A stretch of 64,000 bases of DNA from Candidatus Nanopelagicales bacterium (GTDB lineage Bacteria > Actinomycetota > Actinomycetes > S36-B12), in assembly GCA_040266055.1 (NCBI GenBank), contig JBDQFC010000008.1, positions 14,070 to 78,069 of the forward strand, read 5' to 3'. Numbering within the stretch: the first letter of the stretch is position 1; the number at the start of each line of letters is the position of its first letter. A program made the position numbers and the translations under genes. Below are positions 12,153-23,389 of this stretch, piece after piece. The notes beneath the pieces were generated by a model that had not been told where the DNA came from, ran no database searches, and saw only the letters and a program-made list of their open reading frames with translations.

Positions 12153-12914
12153 ATGAGCACACTGGAAATCAAGGATCTGCACGCGAGCGTGGTCACCGAT
12201 GCGGGGGAGACTCCCATCCTCAAGGGTGTTGACCTCACCGTGGAATCCGGCCGCACGCAAGCAGTTATGGGACCCAACGGTTCAGGCAAGTCGACGTTGG
12301 CCTACGTCATCGCCGGACACCCGAAGTACACCGTGACCCAGGGTTCGATCACTCTGGACGGTCAAGATGTCCTCGAGATGAGCGTTGACGAGCGTGCCCG
12401 CGCTGGTCTGTTCTTGGCGATGCAGTACCCGGTCGAGGTGCCGGGTGTATCCGTCTCGAACTTCCTTCGCACCTCTGCCACCGCAGTTCGAGGTGAGGCA
12501 CCAAAGCTTCGCACCTGGATCGGCGAAGTCAAGGAAGCCATGGCCGGGCTCCAAATGGACTCGGCCTTTGCCGAGCGCAACGTGAACGAGGGCTTCTCCG
12601 GTGGCGAAAAGAAGCGGCACGAGATCTTGCAGATGTCACTGCTCAAGCCAAAGATCGCCATCCTCGACGAAACCGACTCCGGCCTGGACGTCGATGCTCT
12701 GCGAATCGTCTCCGAGGGCGTGAACACGTTCAAGGACGAGACGAACGCCGGCGTCCTGCTGATCACGCACTACACGCGCATCCTGCGTTACATCAAGCCT
12801 GATGTGGTCAACGTGTTCGCGGGTGGTCGTATCGTCGAGACAGGTGGCCCCGAACTCGCCGAGGTCCTCGAGTCTGAGGGTTACGAGCGCTACACCGAAC
12901 TCGCGAAGGCCTAG
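12153..12914 (+). CDS. sufC: Fe-S cluster assembly ATPase SufC
   Basis: GPNGSGKST, FSGGEKKRHE, LDETDSGLD. Confidence 0.98.
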   Translation: MSTLEIKDLHASVVTDAGETPILKGVDLTVESGRTQAVMGPNGSGKSTLAYVIAGHPKYTVTQGSITLDGQDVLEMSVDERARAGLFLAMQYPVEVPGVSVSNFLRTSATAVRGEAPKLRTWIGEVKEAMAGLQMDSAFAERNVNEGFSGGEKKRHEILQMSLLKPKIAILDETDSGLDVDALRIVSEGVNTFKDETNAGVLLITHYTRILRYIKPDVVNVFAGGRIVETGGPELAEVLESEGYERYTELAKA

Positions 12915-12916
12915 TC

Positions 12917-14194
12917 GTGGGATCACCTCTGGACGTTCCTCGTATCCGAAAGGATTTCCCGATCCTCGGGCGCACTGTGCGTGGGGATCGTCCTTTGGTG
13001 TACCTCGATAGTGCTGCGACGAGTCAAAAGCCGACTGCCGTCCTCGACGCCGAGCGGACCTACTACGAGACCTCCAACGCGGCGGTCCATCGAGGCGCGC
13101 ACCAACTGGCTGAGGAAGCCACCGACGCGTACGAGAGTGCAAGGGCCGCGATTGCGGGTTTCGTCGGTGCTCGTGCTGAGGACATCGTGTTCACTAAGAA
13201 CGCGACCGAGGGGTTGAATCTCGCGGCGTACGCCTTCAGCAATGGCACGGCTAAGGCAGCCCGCGGTGCGAGCATCGACCCGAGATTCGTGCTCACTGAC
13301 CAGGACTCTGTGGTTGTTACCGAGATGGAGCACCACGCCAACCTGATCCCGTGGCAAGAACTCTGCGCCAAAACCGGCGCGCAGCTCCGCTGGATCGGAC
13401 TGACCGACGACGGTCGCCTCGATTTCGAGCAGCTGTCGGTGATCGACGAGACGACCAAGGTCGTCTCGGTGGTGCATCAATCAAACATCCTGGGGACTAT
13501 CAATCCGGTTCGCGTCGTTATGGATCGTGCACACGAGGTGGGCGCCATCGGTGTAGTCGACGCGTGCCAGTCGATTCCGCATATGCGGGTTGACGTCAAC
13601 GAGCTCGGAGCAGATCTCGTGACCTGGAGCGGGCACAAGATGCTTGGGCCCACCGGAATTGGTCTGCTGTGGGGTCGAGCCGACATCCTTGATGCAATGC
13701 CCCCTTTCCTGACCGGTGGGTCGATGATCGAAACGGTCCGCATGGAGGGCAGTACCTTCGCTCCTCCGCCTCAGCGCTTCGAGGCGGGCGTCCCCATGGT
13801 TGCCCAATCGGTGGGCCTCGAGGCGGCAGTTCGTTACCTCGAGGATGTTGGCATCGATGCGATTGCCGATCACGAGCATGAGCTCACTGAGTACGGCCTA
13901 GCGTCACTGCAGGCCCTTCCTGGTGTTCGGATCATCGGCCCCGAGACGGCAGTTGATCGCGGGAGCGCCATCTCGTTCGTTGTGGACGGCATTCACCCGC
14001 ACGACGTAGGCCAGGTTCTCGACGACCGGGGAGTAGCAGTCCGCGTCGGTCATCACTGTGCATGGCCTACGTGTCGTCGCTACAACGTTCCGGCCACAAC
14101 CCGGTTATCCACGTATCTCTACAACGATCGCTCGGATATTGACGCGGCTGTTGCGGGAATTCAGGCTGCGCAAGAGTTCTTTGGAGTGCTGTGA
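12917..14194 (+). CDS. sufS: Cysteine desulfurase SufS
   Basis: YLDSAAT, EHHANLIPWQ, SGHKM (PLP Lys), RVGHHCA (catalytic Cys). Confidence 0.97.
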   Translation: MGSPLDVPRIRKDFPILGRTVRGDRPLVYLDSAATSQKPTAVLDAERTYYETSNAAVHRGAHQLAEEATDAYESARAAIAGFVGARAEDIVFTKNATEGLNLAAYAFSNGTAKAARGASIDPRFVLTDQDSVVVTEMEHHANLIPWQELCAKTGAQLRWIGLTDDGRLDFEQLSVIDETTKVVSVVHQSNILGTINPVRVVMDRAHEVGAIGVVDACQSIPHMRVDVNELGADLVTWSGHKMLGPTGIGLLWGRADILDAMPPFLTGGSMIETVRMEGSTFAPPPQRFEAGVPMVAQSVGLEAAVRYLEDVGIDAIADHEHELTEYGLASLQALPGVRIIGPETAVDRGSAISFVVDGIHPHDVGQVLDDRGVAVRVGHHCAWPTCRRYNVPATTRLSTYLYNDRSDIDAAVAGIQAAQEFFGVL

Positions 14195-14658
14195 GCAACG
14201 TCGAATCCCTGTATCAAGAGATCATCCTCGATCACTACAAGCATCCTCGGGGCTCTGGTCCCTTGGCGGATGCAGCGGGCGAAAGTTTCCAGGTCAATCC
14301 CACCTGTGGTGACGAAGTGACCGTTGGAGTCAAACTCGACGATGCTGGGCACCTGCACCTCGGCTACGAGGGCCAGGGATGCTCCATTTCGCAAGCGAGT
14401 GCAAGTGTGATGACTGAACTCCTCGAGGACGCCACCCTTGAGCAGATGGCGGAGGCTGAGCGGGCTTTCTTGGAAATGATGCACTCCAAGGGTGCCGGTG
14501 AGCCCGATGAGGAAGCTTTGGGTGATGGCATCGCATTTGCTGGGGTCTCGAAGTACCCGGCACGAATCAAATGTGCGCTCCTTCCCTGGATGGCGCTGCA
14601 GGATGCTCGCTTGAAGGCGGGCATCGACGTGGACAAGACAACGACCAATCAAGCGTGA
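14191..14658 (+). CDS. sufU: SufU sulfur-transfer/scaffold protein
   Basis: LYQEIILDHY, NPTCGD, GCSISQAS, RIKCALL. Confidence 0.95.
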   Translation: MSNVESLYQEIILDHYKHPRGSGPLADAAGESFQVNPTCGDEVTVGVKLDDAGHLHLGYEGQGCSISQASASVMTELLEDATLEQMAEAERAFLEMMHSKGAGEPDEEALGDGIAFAGVSKYPARIKCALLPWMALQDARLKAGIDVDKTTTNQA

Positions 14659-14671
14659 GTGGAGGCAAAAG

Positions 14672-14992
14672 ATGGAGTCGACAGTTGCCCAACAGGACGA
14701 CGTCTTTGAGGCGATGAAGGACGTCGTAGACCCCGAACTTGGGATCAACGTCGTTGATCTCGGCCTTGTCTACGGCGTGAGCGTGGACGAGGGAAATATC
14801 GCCACGATCGACATGACGCTTACCTCCGCAGCATGCCCGTTGACTGACGTCATCGAGGATCAGACGCGCGCAGCGCTACTTGAAGTGGTGGATGACTTCC
14901 GCATCAATTGGGTGTGGATGCCCCCGTGGGGACCGGACAAGATCACGGACGACGGCCGCGAGATGCTCCGGAGTCTCGGTTTCAACGTCTAA
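14672..14992 (+). CDS. sufT: Metal-sulfur cluster biosynthesis protein (DUF59/SufT)
   Basis: VVDPELGINVVDLGLVY, MTLTSAACP, WMPPW. Confidence 0.93.
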   Translation: MESTVAQQDDVFEAMKDVVDPELGINVVDLGLVYGVSVDEGNIATIDMTLTSAACPLTDVIEDQTRAALLEVVDDFRINWVWMPPWGPDKITDDGREMLRSLGFNV

Positions 14993-15049
14993 CCTCAATC
15001 CGGTCCACGGGCAAAGCCACCGCGGCCCGGTAGGTAGCATTCCCCGGCC

Positions 15050-16654
<1,605 letters not shown>

Positions 16655-16666
16655 GGGAGGCACCAG

Positions 16667-17413
16667 ATGAATGCAGGGCCCGAGTTTTCCGATGAGGTTC
16701 TCGTCTCCATCGATGGAGACTGTGCGACCGTCACCCTGGCCCGACCTGAGGTCCGCAATGCGCAAACGCCGGACATGTGGCTGAAGTTTGCGCAGATTGC
16801 AGCGTCCATCCCTGCGAGCGTGCGATTCGTGGTCCTGGTGGGCCAAGGTCAGGACTTCTCGGCTGGGCTGGATCGCAACGCTCTCGCCGGTTCGATGATC
16901 GCCGATCTGCAGCGCGATCCGCACGGATTCATCTCCGCAGCACAGGAAGGCTTCGCAGCGTGGAGTCGATTGCCGCAAACCGTCATTGCGGTCGTCCAAG
17001 GCAACGCGATCGGAGCCGGATTTCAGTTGGCTCTGGCCAGTGACCTGATTGTCGCTGCTCCAGATTCGCGGTTTGCGATGCGAGAAGCATCCATCGGCCT
17101 GGTTCCCGACCTCGGGGGCACGGGCGCGCTCATCGATGCCCTCGGTTATCGGCGCACGTTCGCGCTGTGTGCCACGGGCGAGTTCCTGGGTGCCGAGGAG
17201 GCACACCGGTGGGGCCTTGTACACCGAGTGGCCGAGGATTGCGAGCAAGCCCTGGCGGAACTACTGGAGCAGTTGCGAAGTGTCGATGCCGGTGCGGTCA
17301 CCGATCTGAAGACTTTGCTGCGTAGAGTCGCCCGGGATCAGGATTCGTGGGATCGGGAACGTGATGTGCAGGTCCGTCGGCTGGCCACGCTGTTCGGGGC
17401 AGCCTCCTCATGA
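16667..17413 (+). CDS. Enoyl-CoA hydratase/isomerase family protein
   Basis: LARPEVRNA, DFSAGLD, GNAIGAGFQLALASD, GLVPDLGG. Confidence 0.9.
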   Translation: MNAGPEFSDEVLVSIDGDCATVTLARPEVRNAQTPDMWLKFAQIAASIPASVRFVVLVGQGQDFSAGLDRNALAGSMIADLQRDPHGFISAAQEGFAAWSRLPQTVIAVVQGNAIGAGFQLALASDLIVAAPDSRFAMREASIGLVPDLGGTGALIDALGYRRTFALCATGEFLGAEEAHRWGLVHRVAEDCEQALAELLEQLRSVDAGAVTDLKTLLRRVARDQDSWDRERDVQVRRLATLFGAASS

Positions 17414-19275
17414 GCATGAACACGGTTTGGCAGACCTATCAGTCAATGACCCGTGACCGATCGGTAGCCGAGAAAAAGATCACCAAGGGCACTGTTCGGC
17501 GAATTCTCAGTTATGCGCATCCGTATCGAACAATCATTGTCATCTTCCTCGGCACGCTCGTGGTGACGTCTCTACTGAGCGTGGCGCAACCGTTGCTGTT
17601 TAAGCGGATCGTTGACGACGGCATCAGCGTCGGCAATGCGTCGCTGGTGACGTGGACGGCACTGGCAATCGCCGGTTTGGCGATTGCGGATGCGGCTTTT
17701 GGTCTGGTAAGTCGTTGGTACTCGGCACGAATTGGTGAAGGTCTGATCTACGACCTCCGCACGCAGGTCTACGACCACGTGCAGCGCCAATCAGTTGCCT
17801 TCTTCACGCGCGCCCAGACCGGAGCGCTGATCTCCCGTCTCAATAGCGACGTCATTGGAGCCCAACAGGCGTTCACGTCCACACTCGGTGGCGTTCTGGG
17901 CAACCTGATCTCGGTCAGCGTCGTCCTGGTTGCCATGTTCGCGTTGTCCTGGCAGATCACCCTCGCTTCGCTCATCCTGGTTCCGCTGTTCTTGTTGCCT
18001 GCGCGCTACATGGGTCGCCGGTTGCAGGCGATGACCCGCGAGCAGATGGGCTTGAACGCCCAGATGAGTTCCCAGATGACAGAGCGGTTCAACGTATCTG
18101 GGGCGCTGCTCGTGAAACTCTTCGGCCGACCGGAGGACGAGGCGTCGTTGTTCGCCGGACGGGCGATTCGGGTTCGGGACATCGGCGTGCGCATTGCGAT
18201 GGCTAACCGCTGGTTCTTCACCGCTTTGACACTCGTCGCAGCCCTGGCCACCGCCGTCACCTACGGCCTGGGCGGCAACCTGGTCATCCAGGGAGCGATC
18301 ACATTGGGCACGCTTCTGGCCCTCGTGGCACTTTTGGCGCAGCTGTATGGCCCGCTGACTGCCTTGAGTAACGTCCGGGTGGATGTGATGACGGCGCTGG
18401 TCTCATTTGAGCGTGTGTTCGAGGTTCTCGATCTTGCGCCTTTGGTCAAGGAACCCGAGAATCCGCGTGCCCTGCCGACCGGTGGCCTTGATGTCACTTT
18501 CACCGATGTCGACTTCACCTACCCGACTGCAGCCGAGGTCTCGCTGGCGTCATTGGAGTCGGTGGCCCGCGAGGAATCCGCCGGCGTGGGGGAGCAGGTG
18601 CTGCACGATGTCTCGTTCATCGCCGCCGCCGGGTCGCTGACAGCCCTTGTCGGTCCCTCGGGAGCGGGAAAGAGCACGATTACATCACTGGTTACGCGGC
18701 TATACGACCCGAGTGTGGGGGTGGTGAGCATCGGCGGAGTGAACCTGCGTGATGTGGCGAGCGCCGAGCTGCGTGCTGCAGTGGGGGTCGTCACGCAGGA
18801 GGCCCACCTGTTCCACGACACGATCGGTGAGAACCTGCGTTATGCCAAGCCAGGTGCCACCGATGAGGAACTGCGTCGTGCCTGCACTGATGCGCAAATC
18901 TTGAACCTAATTGAGCAGCTTCCCGACGGCTTCAACACCGTTGTTGGAGATCGCGGCTACCGCCTCTCCGGCGGCGAGAAGCAGCGCCTGGCCCTTGCTC
19001 GATTGTTCTTGAAGGCACCTCGGGTGGTGGTGCTCGACGAGGCGACTGCTCACCTGGACAGCGAGAGCGAACGTTTGGTGCAGCGTGCCTTGGACACCGC
19101 CCTCGACGGCCGCACAAGCCTGGTGATAGCGCACCGCTTGTCGACCGTGCGCAAAGCCGACCAGATTCTCGTGGTCGTCGATGGCCGGATCGTGCAGCGC
19201 GGCACGCACGAGGAATTGCTCGCTGCTGGGGGGATGTACGAGACGCTCTATCGCACTCAGTTCAGCGAAGACTGA
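17410..19275 (+). CDS. ABC exporter, fused permease/ATPase
   Basis: N-terminal TM helices, GPSGAGKS, LSGGEKQRLA, LDEATAHLD; ATGA overlap with upstream gene. Confidence 0.95.
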   Translation: MSMNTVWQTYQSMTRDRSVAEKKITKGTVRRILSYAHPYRTIIVIFLGTLVVTSLLSVAQPLLFKRIVDDGISVGNASLVTWTALAIAGLAIADAAFGLVSRWYSARIGEGLIYDLRTQVYDHVQRQSVAFFTRAQTGALISRLNSDVIGAQQAFTSTLGGVLGNLISVSVVLVAMFALSWQITLASLILVPLFLLPARYMGRRLQAMTREQMGLNAQMSSQMTERFNVSGALLVKLFGRPEDEASLFAGRAIRVRDIGVRIAMANRWFFTALTLVAALATAVTYGLGGNLVIQGAITLGTLLALVALLAQLYGPLTALSNVRVDVMTALVSFERVFEVLDLAPLVKEPENPRALPTGGLDVTFTDVDFTYPTAAEVSLASLESVAREESAGVGEQVLHDVSFIAAAGSLTALVGPSGAGKSTITSLVTRLYDPSVGVVSIGGVNLRDVASAELRAAVGVVTQEAHLFHDTIGENLRYAKPGATDEELRRACTDAQILNLIEQLPDGFNTVVGDRGYRLSGGEKQRLALARLFLKAPRVVVLDEATAHLDSESERLVQRALDTALDGRTSLVIAHRLSTVRKADQILVVVDGRIVQRGTHEELLAAGGMYETLYRTQFSED

Positions 19276-19300
19276 TGAAGGCAAGAGCGGGTCGACTGGG

Positions 19301-19999
19301 CTAGCCCGATTCGTCCATTTCCTTGGACTCTCGACGAAGGAAGTAGAACCATCCGCCGATCGCAACCGCTGCGAAGAGCAACCACTGGACGGCATACGAC
19401 ACGTTTTGGATTTCGTCCGGACGGGTCACCGGCACCACCGTTATGTCGTCTGATGGCGTTGAACTTCGGGCTTGAATGAACCAGGATGCATTGCCAGGTT
19501 CCGGTAGCTGGGCTTGTTCGATGTCCGTGACTTGATCCAGTGGAAGACCGCGCCGATCCTCGAGAGCGCGTCCTTCCGGCAGTGGCCGCACGATGCCCTC
19601 GACCGTAACGGGCCCATCAACGTCGGAAATCTCTGGGGATTGGTCGGTACGGGTGCCGGCCGGAACCCAACCTCGCATAACCCACAGATCACCCACGTCA
19701 CTGCGTAGCAGCTCGAGCACCCAGTAGCCGTTTCGACCTTCGAGGGGACGTTGGCGGACAAGCCGACGCGATTCGGAGACGTACGTACCACTGACCTGGA
19801 CTGCGGTGAATTCCGAGAGTTGGTCCGTGGGACTTGGCACGATGGCCTGTTGGTCAGCAAGTTCTTGGGCCTGTTGTGCCAGGCGCTTTTCGTCCGCTCG
19901 TGCCCACTGCCATCGGCTAAGGAAGCCGAATCCGATGATCGCAACCAGCACCAGGGCGGTGAAGGCCTGCCAGCGGCGGGTGCGAAGAGCGGTGAGCAC
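19301..19999 (-). CDS. SURF1 family cytochrome oxidase biogenesis protein
   Basis: LSRWQWAR, G.Y, RGWVP, SYAVQW; TM helix at each end. Confidence 0.9.
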   Translation of the reverse strand: MLTALRTRRWQAFTALVLVAIIGFGFLSRWQWARADEKRLAQQAQELADQQAIVPSPTDQLSEFTAVQVSGTYVSESRRLVRQRPLEGRNGYWVLELLRSDVGDLWVMRGWVPAGTRTDQSPEISDVDGPVTVEGIVRPLPEGRALEDRRGLPLDQVTDIEQAQLPEPGNASWFIQARSSTPSDDITVVPVTRPDEIQNVSYAVQWLLFAAVAIGGWFYFLRRESKEMDESG

Positions 20000-20382
20000 T
20001 ACTCCACTCTATGGGCCTGCGAAGTGCCCTTCGGCGCGTGGAACGCGTCCTGCTCGTCACTGGTTTCAGAGTTGTCCGGGACGATCACGACGCCCTCGAT
20101 CGCGGTCCCCGAAGCCGGAAGCGCGAGGTGTGGCTGGGGTTGGACTTCAGTGGGCGCGCTGCCCTTGCGCGAACCGCCACTGTTTGCGATCACGACCGCG
20201 AGGTAGGGCAAAACAACTGCTCCCGCGATGAGGACCCAGCGCGGCCATCCGGGGATAAATATGGCGCCGATCACACACGCTGTCCTGATACCCATGGAGA
20301 TGAGGTACTTACGAGTCCGCCCAGCTTGCTCGCTGCTCAACGAGTGTTGGGCACTCGTGATGCTGTGGGTCGGGTCGGACAC
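19999..20382 (-). CDS. DUF3099 domain membrane protein
   Basis: SITSA, RTRKYLISMGIRTAC, LPYLAVVIAN; GTG start lies 6 nt after TACCTT. Confidence 0.85.
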   Translation of the reverse strand: MSDPTHSITSAQHSLSSEQAGRTRKYLISMGIRTACVIGAIFIPGWPRWVLIAGAVVLPYLAVVIANSGGSRKGSAPTEVQPQPHLALPASGTAIEGVVIVPDNSETSDEQDAFHAPKGTSQAHRVE

Positions 20383-20453
20383 TCCAATAAGGTAAACCCC
20401 ATTCACCTAGGCCGCCCGCCGAGGCGAGCCGAATCGGCGATCAGGAGAAGGAC

Positions 20454-20666
20454 ATGTCGAACCGCGTGTACGGAATCAGCGAAGTCGTCGGGACATCTCC
20501 TGATTCGATCGAATCGGCCATCCGCAATGCCGTGAAGCGCGCCGGTTCCGAACACCTGCACGTCGACTGGTTCGAAGTCCAGCAGGTGCGCGGCTACGTC
20601 CGGACCAACGACGTCGATCATTTCCAGGTCACAGTGAAGGTTGGGTACCGGCTCGAAGATGTCTAG
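20454..20666 (+). CDS. Dodecin (flavin-binding dodecamer)
   Basis: 70 aa; VGTS, DWFEV, RG, HFQVTVKVGYRL; SD AGGAG. Confidence 0.95.
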   Translation: MSNRVYGISEVVGTSPDSIESAIRNAVKRAGSEHLHVDWFEVQQVRGYVRTNDVDHFQVTVKVGYRLEDV

Positions 20667-21357
20667 GGAGACCCGATCGCCGGTTACGTCAGCTGAGCGG
20701 AGATCTTTCGATCGACTGGTGAATTTCACCGATGCCGTTGTGGCGATCGGCATCACGCTTCAACTCCTGCCTCTTATTGATGTAGCGGGGCCACAGGCAG
20801 GGCAGTCGGTCTGGGACGTGGTTGCTGCCAACCAGGGTCAGATCACGGCGTTTGTCTTGTCCTTTGTTGTGGTCATCGCGATGTGGTCGACGCACAACAG
20901 GGTCTTTAACTCGATGCAACGCTATGACGGGACGATATTCACGTTGAACGTGATGTGGCTCCTACTTATCGTCTTTCTGCCCTGGCCAACATCGATGTAC
21001 GGCAATGCCGTTAACGATCAAGTGATTGGTCCCGGAGGAGTCGGGTTGCTCTACTGGTGGACACTTGCGGCCATCAGTGGACTGGGTTCGTTGATCGCCT
21101 TCCATGCAGGAAGAACGCCGAACCTGTTGGAGCCCGATGCCCGCTATGACGAGGGGCAGTATCGGTCCACCCGCCGTTTGACTGGTTCAGTTTTCTTCCT
21201 GGCGTTTTTCGGCATCGGCATCCTGAGCGAGTTCTTTCCTGTCGTCTCGCCCTACCTAGCCCTGCTGCTGATTCCCATTAATGCGTTCGTCAGACGTCGT
21301 ACGCAAAGACGGCAGGAAACTCCAGCCAGTGTTGAGGAACGGAGTACCCATGAGTGA
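20659..21357 (+). CDS. TMEM175 (DUF1211) family K+ channel
   Basis: RLVNFTDAVVAIGITL signature, SF.VV..MW..H, LPW.T; about six TM helices; start could also be TTG 20641. Confidence 0.88.
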   Translation: MSRETRSPVTSAERRSFDRLVNFTDAVVAIGITLQLLPLIDVAGPQAGQSVWDVVAANQGQITAFVLSFVVVIAMWSTHNRVFNSMQRYDGTIFTLNVMWLLLIVFLPWPTSMYGNAVNDQVIGPGGVGLLYWWTLAAISGLGSLIAFHAGRTPNLLEPDARYDEGQYRSTRRLTGSVFFLAFFGIGILSEFFPVVSPYLALLLIPINAFVRRRTQRRQETPASVEERSTHE

Positions 21358-22066
21358 TTCGATCGCCTTGGTGACAGGCGGAAGCCGCGGGATCGGAGCC
21401 GCCATCGCGAAACGTCTTGCCGAATCAGGGCACAGGGTGGTGGTGGCCAGTCGCAGCGGGGGCGCCCCCGAGGGCGTAGACGTCGCAGGGTCCATCGCCC
21501 TGGATGTCGCTGACGCTCAGTCAATCCAAGCAGGACTTGCAGCAGTCGAAGAGACGTATGGACCCATCGGCGTCTTGGTGGCGAACGCTGGCATCACCAA
21601 GGACAACCTGCTGATGCGAATGTCGGATGAGGAGATCGATGACGTCCTGACCACGAACTTGGCCGGCTCGATCCGGCTGTGCCGTGGAGTAACGCGTGGA
21701 ATGCTCCGCGCCAAGGCCGGACGGATCGTGTTGGTCTCGTCCGTCGTAGGGCTCCTCGGGAGTGCCGGTCAAGTGAACTACGCCGCCTCCAAGGCCGGAC
21801 TTGTGGGTGCAGCTCGATCGCTGGCACGTGAAGTCGGCTCACGCGGCATCACGGTGAACGTCGTGGCGCCTGGCTTCGTCGATACGGATATGACGGCGGA
21901 GTTAGACGAGGCGCGGCGTACGGAGATCCTGTCGGCGGTACCGCTTGGTCGTTACGCTGACGTCGATGAGGTTGCGGCCGTTGTGGATTTCCTCGTGGGT
22001 CCCGACGCCGGATATGTCACTGGTGCGGTCATCCCGGTCGATGGCGGCTTGGGCATGGGGCACTAG
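21350..22066 (+). CDS. fabG: 3-oxoacyl-ACP reductase
   Basis: TGGSRGIG, NAGITKDNLLMRM, NYAASK, NVVAPG, VDGGLGMGH. Confidence 0.95.
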   Translation: MSDSIALVTGGSRGIGAAIAKRLAESGHRVVVASRSGGAPEGVDVAGSIALDVADAQSIQAGLAAVEETYGPIGVLVANAGITKDNLLMRMSDEEIDDVLTTNLAGSIRLCRGVTRGMLRAKAGRIVLVSSVVGLLGSAGQVNYAASKAGLVGAARSLAREVGSRGITVNVVAPGFVDTDMTAELDEARRTEILSAVPLGRYADVDEVAAVVDFLVGPDAGYVTGAVIPVDGGLGMGH

Positions 22067-22075
22067 GAGGATTTC

Positions 22076-22843
22076 ATGGGTTTGCTGACCGATAAGACCG
22101 TTGTCGTCACAGGAGTGTTAACCGATCAATCGATCGCTTTTCACATTGCGCGGTTGGCCCAAGAAGAAGGCGCTCAGGTCGTCTTGACCAGCTTCGGCCG
22201 GACCATGTCTTTGACCAAGCGTTCGGCAACCAGATTGCCCCAAGAGGCACCAATCGTCGAACTCGACGTGACGAACGACGACCACCTCGCCACGTTCGCA
22301 GATCGACTCGGTGAGCACTGCGAGAGCGTGGATGGGCTCGTGCACTCCATCGGATTCGCTCCCGAAGCCGCCCTCGGTGGAAACTTTCTGAACACCACGT
22401 GGCCGGACGTCGCCACGGCTGTCCAGGTGTCGGCCTACTCGTTCGCGTCGCTCACTATGGCGGCCAAGCCCCGGTTGGCGTCACCTGCGTCGGTTGTCGG
22501 ATTGGATTTTGACGCTACTGTCGCTTGGCCGACGTATGACTGGATGGGTGTGGCAAAGGCTGCGTTGGAGTCAACCTCGCGATACCTCGCACGCGATCTC
22601 GGTGGCGACGGTATCCGGGTGAATCTCGTTGCCGCGGGGCCAATACGCACCATGGCGGCGAAGAGCATTCCTGGCTTCGAGGAGTTCGAGCAGGTATGGC
22701 TAGACCGGGCCCCCCTGGGCTGGGATTTGGCCGACCCGACTCCTGCTGCTCGTGCGTGTATCGCGCTGCTGTCCCCGTGGTTCCCTGCGACGACCGGCGA
22801 GATCGTGCATGTCGACGGTGGTGTGCACTCCCAAGGCGCCTGA
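22076..22843 (+). CDS. fabI: Enoyl-ACP reductase (InhA-like)
   Basis: TGVLTDQSIAF, HSIGFAP, YDWMGVAK, AAGPIRT, TTGEIVHVDGG. Confidence 0.96.
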   Translation: MGLLTDKTVVVTGVLTDQSIAFHIARLAQEEGAQVVLTSFGRTMSLTKRSATRLPQEAPIVELDVTNDDHLATFADRLGEHCESVDGLVHSIGFAPEAALGGNFLNTTWPDVATAVQVSAYSFASLTMAAKPRLASPASVVGLDFDATVAWPTYDWMGVAKAALESTSRYLARDLGGDGIRVNLVAAGPIRTMAAKSIPGFEEFEQVWLDRAPLGWDLADPTPAARACIALLSPWFPATTGEIVHVDGGVHSQGA

Positions 22844-22873
22844 GCGCACAACGTCACCAGGAATAGAACCGTC

Positions 22874-23389
22874 ATGTCGCGAGTGATCCTGATTCGTCAC
22901 GCCAAGAGCGACTATCCACCGGGGATACCCGATCACGATCGTCCGCTCAATGCGCGCGGCATCCGCAACGCTGAAGCCGTCGGAGTACAGCTGGCAGAGG
23001 TCCTGCATGCAAGTCAGACGCCGTACGCGGCGGGCGTTTCCACGGCGCGGCGAGCACAGCAGACCTGGGACTTGATGTCGGCGCCTCTCGGGGAACTGCA
23101 AGAAGCATGCAGCCACACGTGGAATGACCGATCCCTCTATTTGGCCGAATCGCACACGCTGCTAGAACTCGCCGAGGCCAACTCGGCGCCCACGTTGGTA
23201 ATCGTGGGCCACAACCCCGGGCTTGAAGAGGTCGCGACTATGGCTGCGGGAGCAGACGAGGCCCGGGACCGGGCAAGTGGGCGCATGCTGACAGAGAAGT
23301 TGCCGACGAGCTCCATCGTCGTGTTGGAGAGCCCCGATCCGTGGCGAATTACCGAGGTAACGGTTGTTGACTTCCGGATCTGCCGCTAG
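22874..23389 (+). CDS. SixA-like histidine phosphatase
   Basis: RHAKS, SxxRRAQQT, VGHNPG. Confidence 0.88.
   Translation: MSRVILIRHAKSDYPPGIPDHDRPLNARGIRNAEAVGVQLAEVLHASQTPYAAGVSTARRAQQTWDLMSAPLGELQEACSHTWNDRSLYLAESHTLLELAEANSAPTLVIVGHNPGLEEVATMAAGADEARDRASGRMLTEKLPTSSIVVLESPDPWRITEVTVVDFRICR

Noticed and set aside
20502-20515. Perfect 14-bp palindrome GATTCGATCGAATC
   Set aside because: Inside the dodecin CDS (D-S-I-E-S codons), single copy, no regulatory context
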